This document shows, piece after piece, positions 1-9,512 of a stretch of DNA of 64,000 nt. The number at the start of each line of letters is the position of its first letter. The stretch's first letter is position 1. The stretch is from a virus. Taxonomy: Duplodnaviria; Heunggongvirae; Uroviricota; Caudoviricetes. The stretch is from IMG/VR virus record IMGVR_UViG_3300037088_000797, positions 64,001 through 128,000 of that record, one strand, 5' to 3'. Both the position numbers and the translations under genes were made by a program. The notes beneath the pieces were generated by a model. It was not told where the DNA came from and searched no databases. It saw nothing but the letters and a program-made list of their open reading frames with translations.

Positions 1-673
1 CTTGTTCTAAAATATCTGCGTTTTGTTTCTTCAGTTTAGTCTTGATGTAGTTTATTCTGTTACTTACAGTACTACTGGTAAGATTAAATTCTTTACCAAT
101 TTCACAATGGCTATAACCCTGCACATATTTCATATTCAATAATCCATAATCAGTTGGTGATATCTGTGAAGAAATATAATTTATAACATCACAATTTTCA
201 AACTCAACGTTATTGGAAGCACTGAATGATGCATTGTTTGAAACTGATAGTGTGCCATTTATAGCACTTGTTTGTGATGCACTACCTGTTGCCCATACGG
301 TAGATTCTCCGTTGAATATTAAGTTTTGAGCACCATTATTACTTATAGATATACCACAATTATTAAAAGTTGAAGTGAACGAATTTAAATCTTTTCTGTA
401 TGTATCAATCATGAAATGTTTGGCGATAACCAACACCCATGTTTTAACACTGGATTTCTCTGGATTATATAGTTTAATATTCTCAAAGACTTTAATTAAA
501 ATCATTTGAACACAATCTTCGAGATCATCTACATTTTTTAGTGGTGGAAGTTTAGTTCTTATAAATTCTTTAACTATTTTCTGATATTTCTTAAAAAATT
601 GTTCCTCTGCTTGACGGTTTCCATTCAAAATATTTTGAGTTAACATCACGTCTTCCGTATCCTTTTCTATCAT
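1..673 (-). CDS. ECF-type (group 4) RNA polymerase sigma factor, runs off the left edge; absent from the ORF track
   Basis: Manual translation from ATG at 673: MIEKDTEDVMLTQNILNGNRQAEEQFFKKYQKIV...DDLEDCVQMILIKVFENIKLYNPEKSSVKTWVLVIAKHFMIDTYRK (region 2), then ...LLNMKYVQGYSHCEIGKEFNLTSSTVSNRINYIKTKLKK (region 4 HTH). No stop before position 1. Overlaps the primase 3' end by 83 nt. Confidence 0.85.
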   Translation of the reverse strand, partial: MIEKDTEDVMLTQNILNGNRQAEEQFFKKYQKIVKEFIRTKLPPLKNVDDLEDCVQMILIKVFENIKLYNPEKSSVKTWVLVIAKHFMIDTYRKDLNSFTSTFNNCGISISNNGAQNLIFNGESTVWATGSASQTSAINGTLSVSNNASFSASNNVEFENCDVINYISSQISPTDYGLLNMKYVQGYSHCEIGKEFNLTSSTVSNRINYIKTKLKKQNADILEQ

Positions 674-1673
674 AGGGTTTCTGTAACTTATTAATAAAGT
701 AATCTTCAACAGTTAAATACCTTGCACTTCGTAAACTTTTCAAAACTTCATCAATGCCATCCCTTTTTCGCATGTTATCCAAGTCATACGTTGTAGGTAA
801 TTTAACTATTCTCACCCTTTCTTCGCAGTCAACATATAGTGTATGTAATTTATAATACAATTCAATGCTGCTTTTATATGCGTCAGGGTCTAACAATACA
901 ACCACATCTGGCTTCATTTCTTTCAGTTTCATATATAATGTGGTTGATAGTGTTTTCCCTAACATTGGTATTGTGTTAACAGGAAATGACAGCATTTCAA
1001 ACGCACCTTCAACAAGGTATACAGTAGAATCCCAATTTACAAGACCCTCATTAAAAATAATCTTATCCTTATCTGATTTAGGATTGTCATACTTCTTTTT
1101 TTTCTCCATTTTCGGGTCATAAGTTCTCCCTACAAAATAATTCACTTCGCCATTTGCATCGTATGAAGGAATTATTATTCTTTTTTCATATTTTCCAGTA
1201 GTACAAAAACCGAGCCGATATTTTAAAATAATATCTCTGGTTATCTTTCTGTCAAGAACTAAATAGTTATATGCTTCAAAATGCTCCAGATTACCTGTTT
1301 CCATTTGAGAAAATAAAATCATTTCTGTTGGTAATTTAACTGGAACAAATTCTTTTTCATCTTCTTCAAATTCATAATCATTGAAAGTACCTGCATAAGA
1401 CTTATAAATTTCATAGTCAGCAGATGAACCAAATGTTCTGATTAACCTACCTAATGAGCCACTAAAACTTGGTTCTTCACATTTCCAGCAACGAAATTGT
1501 CGTCTTGCAGTATTGATTTCAAGATTGAACTTATTATCAGGTTCTGATAGACCTTCTCTTTCTTGGCAATGAGGACAGTTTACCTGAATTTGTTCAGACT
1601 GCATTACACCCTGAACATCACCAAATATATTTTGAATTAAACTATGAAATTCCTGTCCACGTATTTGACTCAT
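591..1673 (-). CDS. dnaG: DnaG-like DNA primase (Zn finger + Toprim)
   Basis: CPHC...RCWKC Zn ribbon; RIIIP..D..G.V.YF.GR; Toprim VYLVEGAFE and LLDPDA. Confidence 0.85.
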   Translation of the reverse strand: MSQIRGQEFHSLIQNIFGDVQGVMQSEQIQVNCPHCQEREGLSEPDNKFNLEINTARRQFRCWKCEEPSFSGSLGRLIRTFGSSADYEIYKSYAGTFNDYEFEEDEKEFVPVKLPTEMILFSQMETGNLEHFEAYNYLVLDRKITRDIILKYRLGFCTTGKYEKRIIIPSYDANGEVNYFVGRTYDPKMEKKKKYDNPKSDKDKIIFNEGLVNWDSTVYLVEGAFEMLSFPVNTIPMLGKTLSTTLYMKLKEMKPDVVVLLDPDAYKSSIELYYKLHTLYVDCEERVRIVKLPTTYDLDNMRKRDGIDEVLKSLRSARYLTVEDYFINKLQKPYDRKGYGRRDVNSKYFEWKPSSRGTIF

Positions 1674-2389
1674 TTATCAAATATTTTATTTAACCAGTTA
1701 TTCTTTAATGCTGCTCTGTATGCACTGGAATTATTACGATACAGATTAGTTCTTGTTTTATATATTACTCCCTCTGCTTTACACATTTCAAAAGTCCAAT
1801 ATATAAGCATCCAATTCATGTGTGAACAAATATTTTCTAACCATCCATTTATTCGAGCAGATTCGTAAGCAGAACGATTATTCTTTTTAAATTCATTTCT
1901 ACTCTCATATTTCAATGCCAAATTTTTACAGTTTTCATATGTCCATAAACGCATACAATTTCCGACAGTACCACCTTTTGAAGTATTTAATACTTTCCAT
2001 CCATTTTGTAAATATTCAGTAATATATTTTACCTCTAAGTCGGCTGCAAGATCAACCAACAAATAATCAGTTAATTGCTTTAATATTGGAGCTAAATTTG
2101 TTTCATTAATGTGTTTAGTAACAGCATCATTAATATTCTTTTTTCTATTTAAATGTCGTTCTGAAATATTATAAGTTAATCCAATATATGCACAATTATC
2201 AGAAAATTCATACACGTACACACATCTATTATACCAATTGCCAGTTTTTTTCATATGTACACATATTTCATCAAGCCAATTGTTTCTATGTGCTGCACCA
2301 TATGCACCACTTGAATTTACCTGAAATTCAAATCTATGTTCATATTTTAAGGCTTCTTGCCGACAATTTTCTTTTGACCATTTAATCAT
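1670..2389 (-). CDS. GIY-YIG-like free-standing (homing) endonuclease with W-x-x-E-x-C-K-x-x-A-L-K-Y repeats
   Basis: CVYVYEFSDNCAYIGLT core flanked by three WxxExC...AY..A..N.WL..IC.HM repeats. Start placed at ATG 2389 (MIKWSKENC) because the promoter occupies 2395-2425; the ORF track uses 2419. Paralogue of 42923..43666. Confidence 0.75.
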   Translation of the reverse strand: MIKWSKENCRQEALKYEHRFEFQVNSSGAYGAAHRNNWLDEICVHMKKTGNWYNRCVYVYEFSDNCAYIGLTYNISERHLNRKKNINDAVTKHINETNLAPILKQLTDYLLVDLAADLEVKYITEYLQNGWKVLNTSKGGTVGNCMRLWTYENCKNLALKYESRNEFKKNNRSAYESARINGWLENICSHMNWMLIYWTFEMCKAEGVIYKTRTNLYRNNSSAYRAALKNNWLNKIFDK

Positions 2390-2394
2390 AATGG

Positions 2395-2425
2395 CAAATA
2401 TATAAAAAATTTGCACCAAAACAAA
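2395..2425 (-). promoter_or_regulatory. Bacteroidota sigma-A type promoter (TTTG-N19-TATATTTG)
   Basis: Minus strand reads cctTTTG ttttggtgcaaatttttta TATATTTG ccattATG, matching the -33 TTTG / -7 TAnnTTTG consensus. Confidence 0.65.
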
Positions 2426-2465
2426 GGTTTTAATGCAAATTTAATTTTAGCGTACTTAACTCTAA

Positions 2466-3017
2466 TTAAAAACGTTTCTGATCTTCCAAGAATGGGAAGA
2501 ATAAAATCAATCTGTTCAAGAATGCAACAGGAACAATTATAAAATTACGTCCTAATGCAAGATGATTAGCTTGAATTTCATTGAATAACTGAACAACCTT
2601 TGTTTTTAGCAATGTATCTGAAGCATTTGGATTGTCATTCAACACAACAGCATTTTTTTGCTGTTGAAATGCTGCAAATAAATGTTGATAATCTTCTTTT
2701 GCAAGATTAGCTTCAGCTTTCAGTTTTTTGTTTTCTTCTATCAGTCTTGACATTTGTTCTTCAAGCCATTCAACCCCTTTTGGTTCATCATCTTCTACGA
2801 CTTCAAGAAGATCATCTTTTTTTACTTCTGGTTCAAGTGTTAATTTAACACCATCCAGTAATTCATCAACCTTTGCTTTTGTTTTAAGGTCTCTTTCTTC
2901 TTCAGGAGTGAGCACTTTTTCAGGTGCTTTTACTTCTTCTTTTACGGCAGGTGCTGCAGGAGTTTCCTTTTTGCCTTTTGCCAGTTTTACTAAGTTGTTT
3001 TTTTTCGTTGTTGCCAT
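2466..3017 (-). CDS. hypothetical protein, Lys/Glu-rich with coiled-coil
   Basis: 183-aa ORF in operon spacing (2 nt from the upstream gene); heptad-like stretch WLEEQMSRLIEENKKLKAEANLAKED. Confidence 0.7.
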   Translation of the reverse strand: MATTKKNNLVKLAKGKKETPAAPAVKEEVKAPEKVLTPEEERDLKTKAKVDELLDGVKLTLEPEVKKDDLLEVVEDDEPKGVEWLEEQMSRLIEENKKLKAEANLAKEDYQHLFAAFQQQKNAVVLNDNPNASDTLLKTKVVQLFNEIQANHLALGRNFIIVPVAFLNRLILFFPFLEDQKRF

Positions 3018-3019
3018 TA

Positions 3020-4477
3020 TTATTCTATTGTTAAATTTGCATTTAAGTGTGCAATCATACCTGTTTCATCGTTCCATATAAAACCTTCGCCAGCTTTAAG
3101 TGCACCAATGAAACCTTTCTTATGATGCCATTCTTCTGTACCTGTCAGACTTGAAAGATACCTTACGGTAACACCCAAATCTTCATTTGTCATTTGTGCT
3201 TTATCAAGCACAGTATATTTCATGTCTCTTTTTCTATGAATATGACCAACATGCCATTCGTGAAACAATGTTTCGCTCCACAATGGTTTAGATTCAATAT
3301 CACTTGCCATAATTAACGGTAATGAACTTTCTTTTTCTTCACTTCCGTGAGTAAGACCAATTAATACTTTACCAAACTGGTAATATTTTCTTGGTGAAGC
3401 ACCATTATTAACCTTAACCTGTGTGTCATTGTTATACCATGCTTCAAGATATGAACCAAGATAAAAACTGCGTTCGAAATCATGATTACCCGGTATGTTC
3501 ACCACATCTATCGGTACACCAGTTTGTTTCAATAAGCTGATTGCATCAATAAGTAATCTGACACCAACATTGAAAGTTTTCTGCCAACGTAAATCTTCAT
3601 CCTGTGGAGTTCCTTTGGTTGTTGTGTTAAAAATGGTGTCACTATTAAAGAAGTCACTACCTATTGGAAACAGAATTTTATTGTATTTAAATCCGCTTGC
3701 ATTCTTAACAAGAGTTGCAACAGTTGTCAAAAATCTTTGACGAGCAATTTTTGTATCGTAACTTTCACCAGTTTCACCGCCCCAAGCAAGTTTACCTAAG
3801 TGCAGATCGAAAATTGTTACTTCGAAAAGGTTATTTTCATTATCAACAGAACTTTCTTTGGGATAAATAGCAAGTAAAGGTGCTTTATAGTTTTTAGTCA
3901 TTTCCTGAAAAATCTCACCAATTATTTTTTCTCTAATTGCTTCATTTTTTCTGTTAAGAGTTGCTTTAACCTGAAAGTTTTGAACTGTTCTTGCATAACC
4001 GTCTGCCCATCCTGTAACGTCCCATTTATTAACACGATACTGAGCAACTTTCCAAGTATCCATATCTACCTTGCATGCAGCAAGTAATTCTTCAAGTGTT
4101 TTAATGTGATTTTTTGGATAACTTTCATCACCATTCCATATGATGCTTGCTTGAGTGCCTTTTTGATCAAAAATTATTTGATCTTTACCGTTAACGGCTG
4201 GCGGAATGTCATTGGGTTTTGTTTCTTCAATGGTGATTTCGTCTTCTTTTGTTCCGAAACCCCTATAATACGCATATTCTTTATATGCTTCGTCAAATAA
4301 CTGAAATAAATCTTTTTCGAGTTCTCCTTCTTCGTAAAGTTCATATACCAATGCTTTGATATTTTTTACGTAAGTATCAGAAAATCCACATTGTTTGGAT
4401 GCTTCTTTGACTGATATGTGATTTTTGATTGCATAATTAATAACATCTACTGCTTTTTCAATTCGTTTTCTTTCCAT
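3020..4477 (-). CDS. calcineurin-like metallophosphoesterase (Mre11/SbcD-like fold) with N-terminal helical/HTH-like extension
   Basis: All five motifs present: DLHLGK, GSDFFN, PGNHD, THG, GHIH. Confidence 0.8.
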   Translation of the reverse strand: MERKRIEKAVDVINYAIKNHISVKEASKQCGFSDTYVKNIKALVYELYEEGELEKDLFQLFDEAYKEYAYYRGFGTKEDEITIEETKPNDIPPAVNGKDQIIFDQKGTQASIIWNGDESYPKNHIKTLEELLAACKVDMDTWKVAQYRVNKWDVTGWADGYARTVQNFQVKATLNRKNEAIREKIIGEIFQEMTKNYKAPLLAIYPKESSVDNENNLFEVTIFDLHLGKLAWGGETGESYDTKIARQRFLTTVATLVKNASGFKYNKILFPIGSDFFNSDTIFNTTTKGTPQDEDLRWQKTFNVGVRLLIDAISLLKQTGVPIDVVNIPGNHDFERSFYLGSYLEAWYNNDTQVKVNNGASPRKYYQFGKVLIGLTHGSEEKESSLPLIMASDIESKPLWSETLFHEWHVGHIHRKRDMKYTVLDKAQMTNEDLGVTVRYLSSLTGTEEWHHKKGFIGALKAGEGFIWNDETGMIAHLNANLTIE

Positions 4478-4515
4478 ACTAACTATTTTAGATAAAATTA
4501 TTTATAAATTTTTGT

Positions 4516-4546
4516 CAAACTTATAACAAAAATGTCATAAAGACAA
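4516..4546 (-). promoter_or_regulatory. Bacteroidota sigma-A type promoter (TTG-N20-TAAGTTTG)
   Basis: Minus strand: TTG tctttatgacatttttgtta TAAGTTTG, about 40 nt upstream of the phosphoesterase start. Confidence 0.6.
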
Positions 4547-4550
4547 GACT

Positions 4551-4903
4551 TTATATAAATACATTATCATTTTTTTTAAGAAAGGCTATCATTTCCTCTA
4601 TATTTTGACATTCACGACCAAAATTAGCTATACTTACCATTGGCATGTCAAACCATTCGCCTACTTTACGAAACGGTAATAACCTGTTTTGTAAATTTTT
4701 TCAATTTTATTTGCAACTTCTGATTGATATATCTCAACAAGTTTTAATTTTGAAGAGTTACCTGTTTGTAACTGTTCAATTCTTCTTTGTGGATGCTTTG
4801 AAACTCCTACTTTATAATATCCGTTTTCTAAAGACTGAATTAAATAAACATAATTAATCTTATCTTGTGGATTTGTAGGAATAGTTAAATTGTGTTTTCT
4901 CAC
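4551..4903 (-). pseudogene. T5orf172/MUG113-like GIY-YIG protein split by a 1-nt frameshift near 4696-4701
   Basis: Frame 1 gives YVYLIQS...YKVGVSKHPQRRIEQLQTGN...IEK and then stops at TAG 4661. The -1 frame continues LQNRLLPFRKVGEWFDM...VFI to TAA at 4551, restoring the family GEWF motif. Confidence 0.75.
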
Positions 4904-5511
4904 TTTAAAATGCCCAATTGTTTTAATCCAGCGATTCCAACCGCATAACTATCAGACATATCGAAGCACATGTCTTTAGGTTCATTTGAGTCTTTCTTAT
5001 AAAACCACTCGATTTGGGGTTCTAAAGTACAAACTTTTTTCCAGATATACAACTTTTTTTCTTTAATATATTCTGGTGGAAATGATAATACTTCAACCAT
5101 TTCACCTTTTTTCTTTTCAAGATGAACTAATTCTGGACAAAATAATTTACGTGAATCATATACTGATATTTTTTTGGGATAAACATTAAATACTCTGAAA
5201 AGCAAGTATCTACATATGCCATTGAATCCATAAAGTAATGAAACTGTATTGGCATTATTACTGCCACCAAGAGGTTCTTCAACCACAATGTGTGCAATTT
5301 CACTATTTAATTCATGCTTAATACGTTCTTTATAATCTTCAACGTACTTTCTGAATATTTCTGCCTTATGCATATCTCTGTCTTCAACGGGTATGTCTTT
5401 TCCGAGTTTTAATTCAAGATGTTTTAACTCGATAAGTTTTCCCCTTTTATCCCATAACGCACTGCCAATATTAGTGGTACTTATATCCAATGACCAAATA
5501 TATCTTTCCAT
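4900..5511 (-). CDS. RuvC-like Holliday junction resolvase (RNase H fold)
   Basis: WSLDISTTNIGSALWD (catalytic D), IVVEEP (E), DMSDSYAVG (D..D). Confidence 0.75.
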   Translation of the reverse strand: MERYIWSLDISTTNIGSALWDKRGKLIELKHLELKLGKDIPVEDRDMHKAEIFRKYVEDYKERIKHELNSEIAHIVVEEPLGGSNNANTVSLLYGFNGICRYLLFRVFNVYPKKISVYDSRKLFCPELVHLEKKKGEMVEVLSFPPEYIKEKKLYIWKKVCTLEPQIEWFYKKDSNEPKDMCFDMSDSYAVGIAGLKQLGILK

Positions 5512-5514
5512 AAA

Positions 5515-5748
5515 TTATTTATTTAATCCTTCAATAGCTTGAAGACGAAGCGATTTTGATGAATCTTCTTCTTTCATCGCATCGATAATTTTCTGAACAT
5601 CTTTTGGATTTCTAAGATATACTCTTATTAAATCTTCGATAACACCACCAATTTTCATGCTTTTGCCCTTACACAATACTTTGAATTGATTATGTAATTT
5701 GCCATCAATTATAATTGACTTAGGCTTTGTTTCTTCATTAATTCCCAT
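5515..5748 (-). CDS. ribbon-helix-helix (CopG/Arc-like) DNA-binding protein
   Basis: KSIIIDGKLHNQFKVLCKGKSMKIGGVIEDLIRVYL beta-alpha-alpha pattern. Confidence 0.6.
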   Translation of the reverse strand: MGINEETKPKSIIIDGKLHNQFKVLCKGKSMKIGGVIEDLIRVYLRNPKDVQKIIDAMKEEDSSKSLRLQAIEGLNK

Positions 5749-5830
5749 ATATATTATAAATTTTAAATCATAATTTATAATAAATACTAAGAATTTATAA
5801 AAAAATATAAATTTTTATGATTATTTTGAA

Positions 5831-6583
5831 TTAAAAGTCGATATCGAACACAATTGTTCTTGTGATATTTGAATCTTTCGTGATAGGGTCATTTAATTTA
5901 CCCATAGCAACCAGATTTTTATTAACATCATAAATACCAATTTCTGTAATAGCTACTGCTGGTTTAATTAGCATTTGTTGCCAGCTAAGATTTGTAGAAG
6001 AATTAAAATTATTTAAATTTAATGTAATTGCAAGATCAGTTACGAATACGTCTGCATGTATTTGCGTTGAAACATTACCAAGGAAATATATTTCATCACC
6101 AAATGATAAAGTATTCGCTGATACTGCTGGATAATTTAAATATGAAAGATTATATGTAGTGAAACCAGTACCATTAATTTGTCCAATTGGTATTTTAAAT
6201 ATATTATTTACCAATTCATTTGCAGTTAATGGAGCACCTGCAACATGTAATGCAGGTGTTGTTATTTGCGGTGTAAGATCATACAATTTCCAATTTGCGG
6301 GATTTGGAGTTGTTGTACCAGTTGGATTTATTAACACGCTTTGAACTATTGCATATATTTTATTTGCAGTGAATCCAGTGCCACTTCCAGTGCTGTTTAA
6401 ATATTTAAATGGAGCAGTTGCACCAGTAGTACCTCCAGAGAAATTCATAATAATTTCCTGTATTGGAAAATTATTTGTTTCAATATTAATTGAAGTAATA
6501 TAATTACAATGAATTCCAGTACTATAACCAGTCGTTGTTGCACTTAAAAGATATGAAGCAAATATTGTATAATCTTGTGTCAT
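5831..6583 (-). CDS. tail/baseplate structural protein
   Basis: C-terminal ITEIGIYDVNKNLVAMGKLNDPITK motif typical of tail-collar/baseplate proteins; T/N/G-rich; last gene of the baseplate operon. Confidence 0.6.
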   Translation of the reverse strand: MTQDYTIFASYLLSATTTGYSTGIHCNYITSINIETNNFPIQEIIMNFSGGTTGATAPFKYLNSTGSGTGFTANKIYAIVQSVLINPTGTTTPNPANWKLYDLTPQITTPALHVAGAPLTANELVNNIFKIPIGQINGTGFTTYNLSYLNYPAVSANTLSFGDEIYFLGNVSTQIHADVFVTDLAITLNLNNFNSSTNLSWQQMLIKPAVAITEIGIYDVNKNLVAMGKLNDPITKDSNITRTIVFDIDF

Positions 6584-6604
6584 TTTCTATTTTATTTAAA
6601 ATTA

Positions 6605-9475
6605 TTATAAAGCTGCTACTGGTAATGAACCATGACCAACAGGAGCACCACTACCAGAAATATTATATGCTTCCATGCTATTTGCACCAAGTTGATAATT
6701 TGCTCCACCAACATTCTCAATTTCAGTTATATTTACTGATGATAAGTTTGTATATGAATATGATGTATTCTTGCTTGCACTATATGCATTAGAATGTAAG
6801 CAAATATTATCAATATTTGAAGCCGTGATTGTGAGAGTACCAGATGCCTGATTGTTGCAAGTATCTTCTGTATCAAATGGCATAATACTACATGCTAAAA
6901 TATTTTGTGTTGTACCTGCTCCAACTGTGTAATATGCAGATGCTCTAATATTAGCGAGTAATGCTTGATTTCCAGCAGTTACAGTATCTGAAATTGCACA
7001 ATTAGTAAAATGTAATATAATGCTTTCACCTGCGCCCAATGGTGTGCTTACACCAAGTTTACCTGCCATACAGCTTGTAACTGCTGGATTACTACCTAAT
7101 TGTGTTGCACCACAAATATAAACGGTATTTGAAGGTGGTACAACTGCTAATGGATTTGTTTCATCATACACAATATCACCATATCCAATACCAGAACCGT
7201 TTTGTGCAAATGCTCTAAAATAAATTGCTGAACTATCTAAAAGTCCACTCATTGTTATAGCAAATGCTCCTGTTGGATTAGGATAATCTTGAACAAGTGA
7301 GGCTTTGCCAATACCAACACCACCATATATTAATTTTGCTGGGTCATAATTTGCTAAGTCTTGTGTGTATAATAAACCATATTCTGTAAGTGGAAGACCA
7401 CCTTTATCAACTATTTGATTAAGTTTCGTAAGTGCATCAATAGCACCATTATAGGTAAGTTGTTTAAATATTGAACCTGTTGTAACTTGTGGAGCATATG
7501 TGGTTGGTGGTGGTGTTGCAGTTGTTATATCTGTTTGCCAAGAACCAGAAATATATTTTATTCCTGCAACTTGTATATATGCACGATAATCATATGAAGT
7601 GCTTTGTGCTAAACCTGTTATGTCAAGGATGAAATTACCAACAGATAACGGTCCTGACAATGCTATTGCAGGTGATAAATGCCAGTTAGCAGGAACATCA
7701 GCAAGACTACTTTCTTTATACTCCATACCATATTTTTCAATTGCAACAAATACATTTGCTGGTATTGAATTACCACCAGTACCATTAATTTGTCCGATTC
7801 CACTTGTACCTTTAATTGTTGTAACTGAAGGTATAATCACTGGTGGTGTAGGCGGTGGTGTAGGCGGTGCAGGTAATGTTGTAATTGGATTATTATCATT
7901 TGAATGATCAACATATGAGTTATTACCTATCATAACATATGCACGATAATTGTATGATTTATTTGGAGTTGTATTAGTAATTGTATAATCAAAATTATTA
8001 GCACCAAGAGTTATTCCAACTTTTATACGAGTCCAATCTGTTGCACCAGTTAATTTATATTCAACACCGTATTCGGTAACATTTTCCCATCCAATAATGT
8101 TTTTTCCACCAGTATTTTTAATTGAACCCGGTGTGCCTATTTGTGTCTGAACAAATAATATTTGTGGTGCAGGAGGTACAGGTGAATTACCACCACTACC
8201 GCCAGCTAATGAAAATTGTGGAAGTGTCCATGACCTATTTGATTTATATGACATAGCGTATAATAATTCTTGATCTTCAATTAAAAACATCTTTAATTCA
8301 TCAAATATTTTACCAACAACTGCAGTTGGATTACTTGCATCCACCAAATCATAATAATGTATGCCCAAAGTTGCCAAAGTATAACCATTACCAATAGCAG
8401 CAATAAATTTAGCACCTAATTTTGGAGTGCTATTTTTATGCCACATTATTGTTGGCATGTCAAGTACTGCTGTGTTTAAATAAAAACCTTCAGCATAAAC
8501 ATTGGCGGGTGAATTATTGCTATAATGAATCACACCTAATTTTTTATAATAAGGTTGTTGACTTTGAATATATGAAACAAAACCACCATAACCTTTGGTC
8601 TTAAATTCAGCATACGTTTTATTATTCAAACTGGATTGAACCCCAGCAATTTCATCTGTAAATATGATTGACATATTCCAGAAAGGAAATATTTCTGTAG
8701 GACATTGACTGTTTTGTTGAAAAGTTAATACACTTTCAGCAATATAATCAGTTGAACTCATACCATTTATTGTGTTTCCAGTTATATTTTCACTATAATA
8801 ATATATTACTGCACCTGCTATGCCTGTGGCATTTAATCCAGTAAAATTAGGTAGTTTTCTATCAACACTAACAACTAAATTATTTGCGCCCAAAGAACCA
8901 GATATAATGTTTATAATTCTATAAATTAAAAATGGTGTTGGTTTTGTTGTATCTGTTAAAAATGGTGTTGTATCTCCATTTATTGTCCATTTAACCAAAA
9001 TCAAATCACCTTTACTTGGTTCATTAAGAGGAATATAATTAGATGCTTGTTTTAAATATAATGTACTGCCACCAGTAATGCTACTCATATAAATCATTAT
9101 ACCTGCTTGTTTAACATGATCAGGGTCTGTATTAAAAGTAAATGAATTACCAGAGAGATTACTAAAAAATCCAATCGAGCCAGCATTATTTGTAACCAGA
9201 TATGTTGAGGTAGGTATACTTGGTATCACATTATAAGGGTCACCTGATAATGTTTGCGGTATAAATGATATAATATTCGGATTGTTATCAGCAGGTCTTA
9301 AAATATTGGCATAAAAGGGATTTAAACCTACTGCATTATCAAATTTATAATCAATTTCACTATCACCAATAGCAAAATATTTAAATGATAAATTACCAGT
9401 AGACAGTAATTCTCTACCTTTGGTTGTTAATTTGATGTTTAAAACTACAGGGTCTGATTTTTCAATGAATGCCAT
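6605..9475 (-). CDS. baseplate/tail-associated structural protein with FN3-like repeats and Cys-rich C-terminal domain
   Basis: N-terminal KLTTKGRELL...FKYFAIGDSEIDY motif; repeated YGxEY...Y.YRAY..G..Y FN3-like units separated by Pro-rich linkers (PAPPTPPPTPP). Confidence 0.65.
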   Translation of the reverse strand: MAFIEKSDPVVLNIKLTTKGRELLSTGNLSFKYFAIGDSEIDYKFDNAVGLNPFYANILRPADNNPNIISFIPQTLSGDPYNVIPSIPTSTYLVTNNAGSIGFFSNLSGNSFTFNTDPDHVKQAGIMIYMSSITGGSTLYLKQASNYIPLNEPSKGDLILVKWTINGDTTPFLTDTTKPTPFLIYRIINIISGSLGANNLVVSVDRKLPNFTGLNATGIAGAVIYYYSENITGNTINGMSSTDYIAESVLTFQQNSQCPTEIFPFWNMSIIFTDEIAGVQSSLNNKTYAEFKTKGYGGFVSYIQSQQPYYKKLGVIHYSNNSPANVYAEGFYLNTAVLDMPTIMWHKNSTPKLGAKFIAAIGNGYTLATLGIHYYDLVDASNPTAVVGKIFDELKMFLIEDQELLYAMSYKSNRSWTLPQFSLAGGSGGNSPVPPAPQILFVQTQIGTPGSIKNTGGKNIIGWENVTEYGVEYKLTGATDWTRIKVGITLGANNFDYTITNTTPNKSYNYRAYVMIGNNSYVDHSNDNNPITTLPAPPTPPPTPPVIIPSVTTIKGTSGIGQINGTGGNSIPANVFVAIEKYGMEYKESSLADVPANWHLSPAIALSGPLSVGNFILDITGLAQSTSYDYRAYIQVAGIKYISGSWQTDITTATPPPTTYAPQVTTGSIFKQLTYNGAIDALTKLNQIVDKGGLPLTEYGLLYTQDLANYDPAKLIYGGVGIGKASLVQDYPNPTGAFAITMSGLLDSSAIYFRAFAQNGSGIGYGDIVYDETNPLAVVPPSNTVYICGATQLGSNPAVTSCMAGKLGVSTPLGAGESIILHFTNCAISDTVTAGNQALLANIRASAYYTVGAGTTQNILACSIMPFDTEDTCNNQASGTLTITASNIDNICLHSNAYSASKNTSYSYTNLSSVNITEIENVGGANYQLGANSMEAYNISGSGAPVGHGSLPVAAL

Positions 9476-9491
9476 TTTCTAACAATTTAAT

Positions 9492-9500
9492 TATAAATAC
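9492..9500 (-). promoter_or_regulatory. putative late promoter motif GTATTTATA
   Basis: Same 9-mer recurs 15-40 nt upstream of many structural and accessory starts. Confidence 0.6.
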
Positions 9501-9512
9501 TAATAATTTTAT

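Noticed and set aside
4690-4705. Programmed -1 ribosomal frameshift
   Set aside because: In-frame context A_AAA_ATT does not fit X_XXY_YYZ and no downstream stimulatory structure is evident; an indel is simpler.
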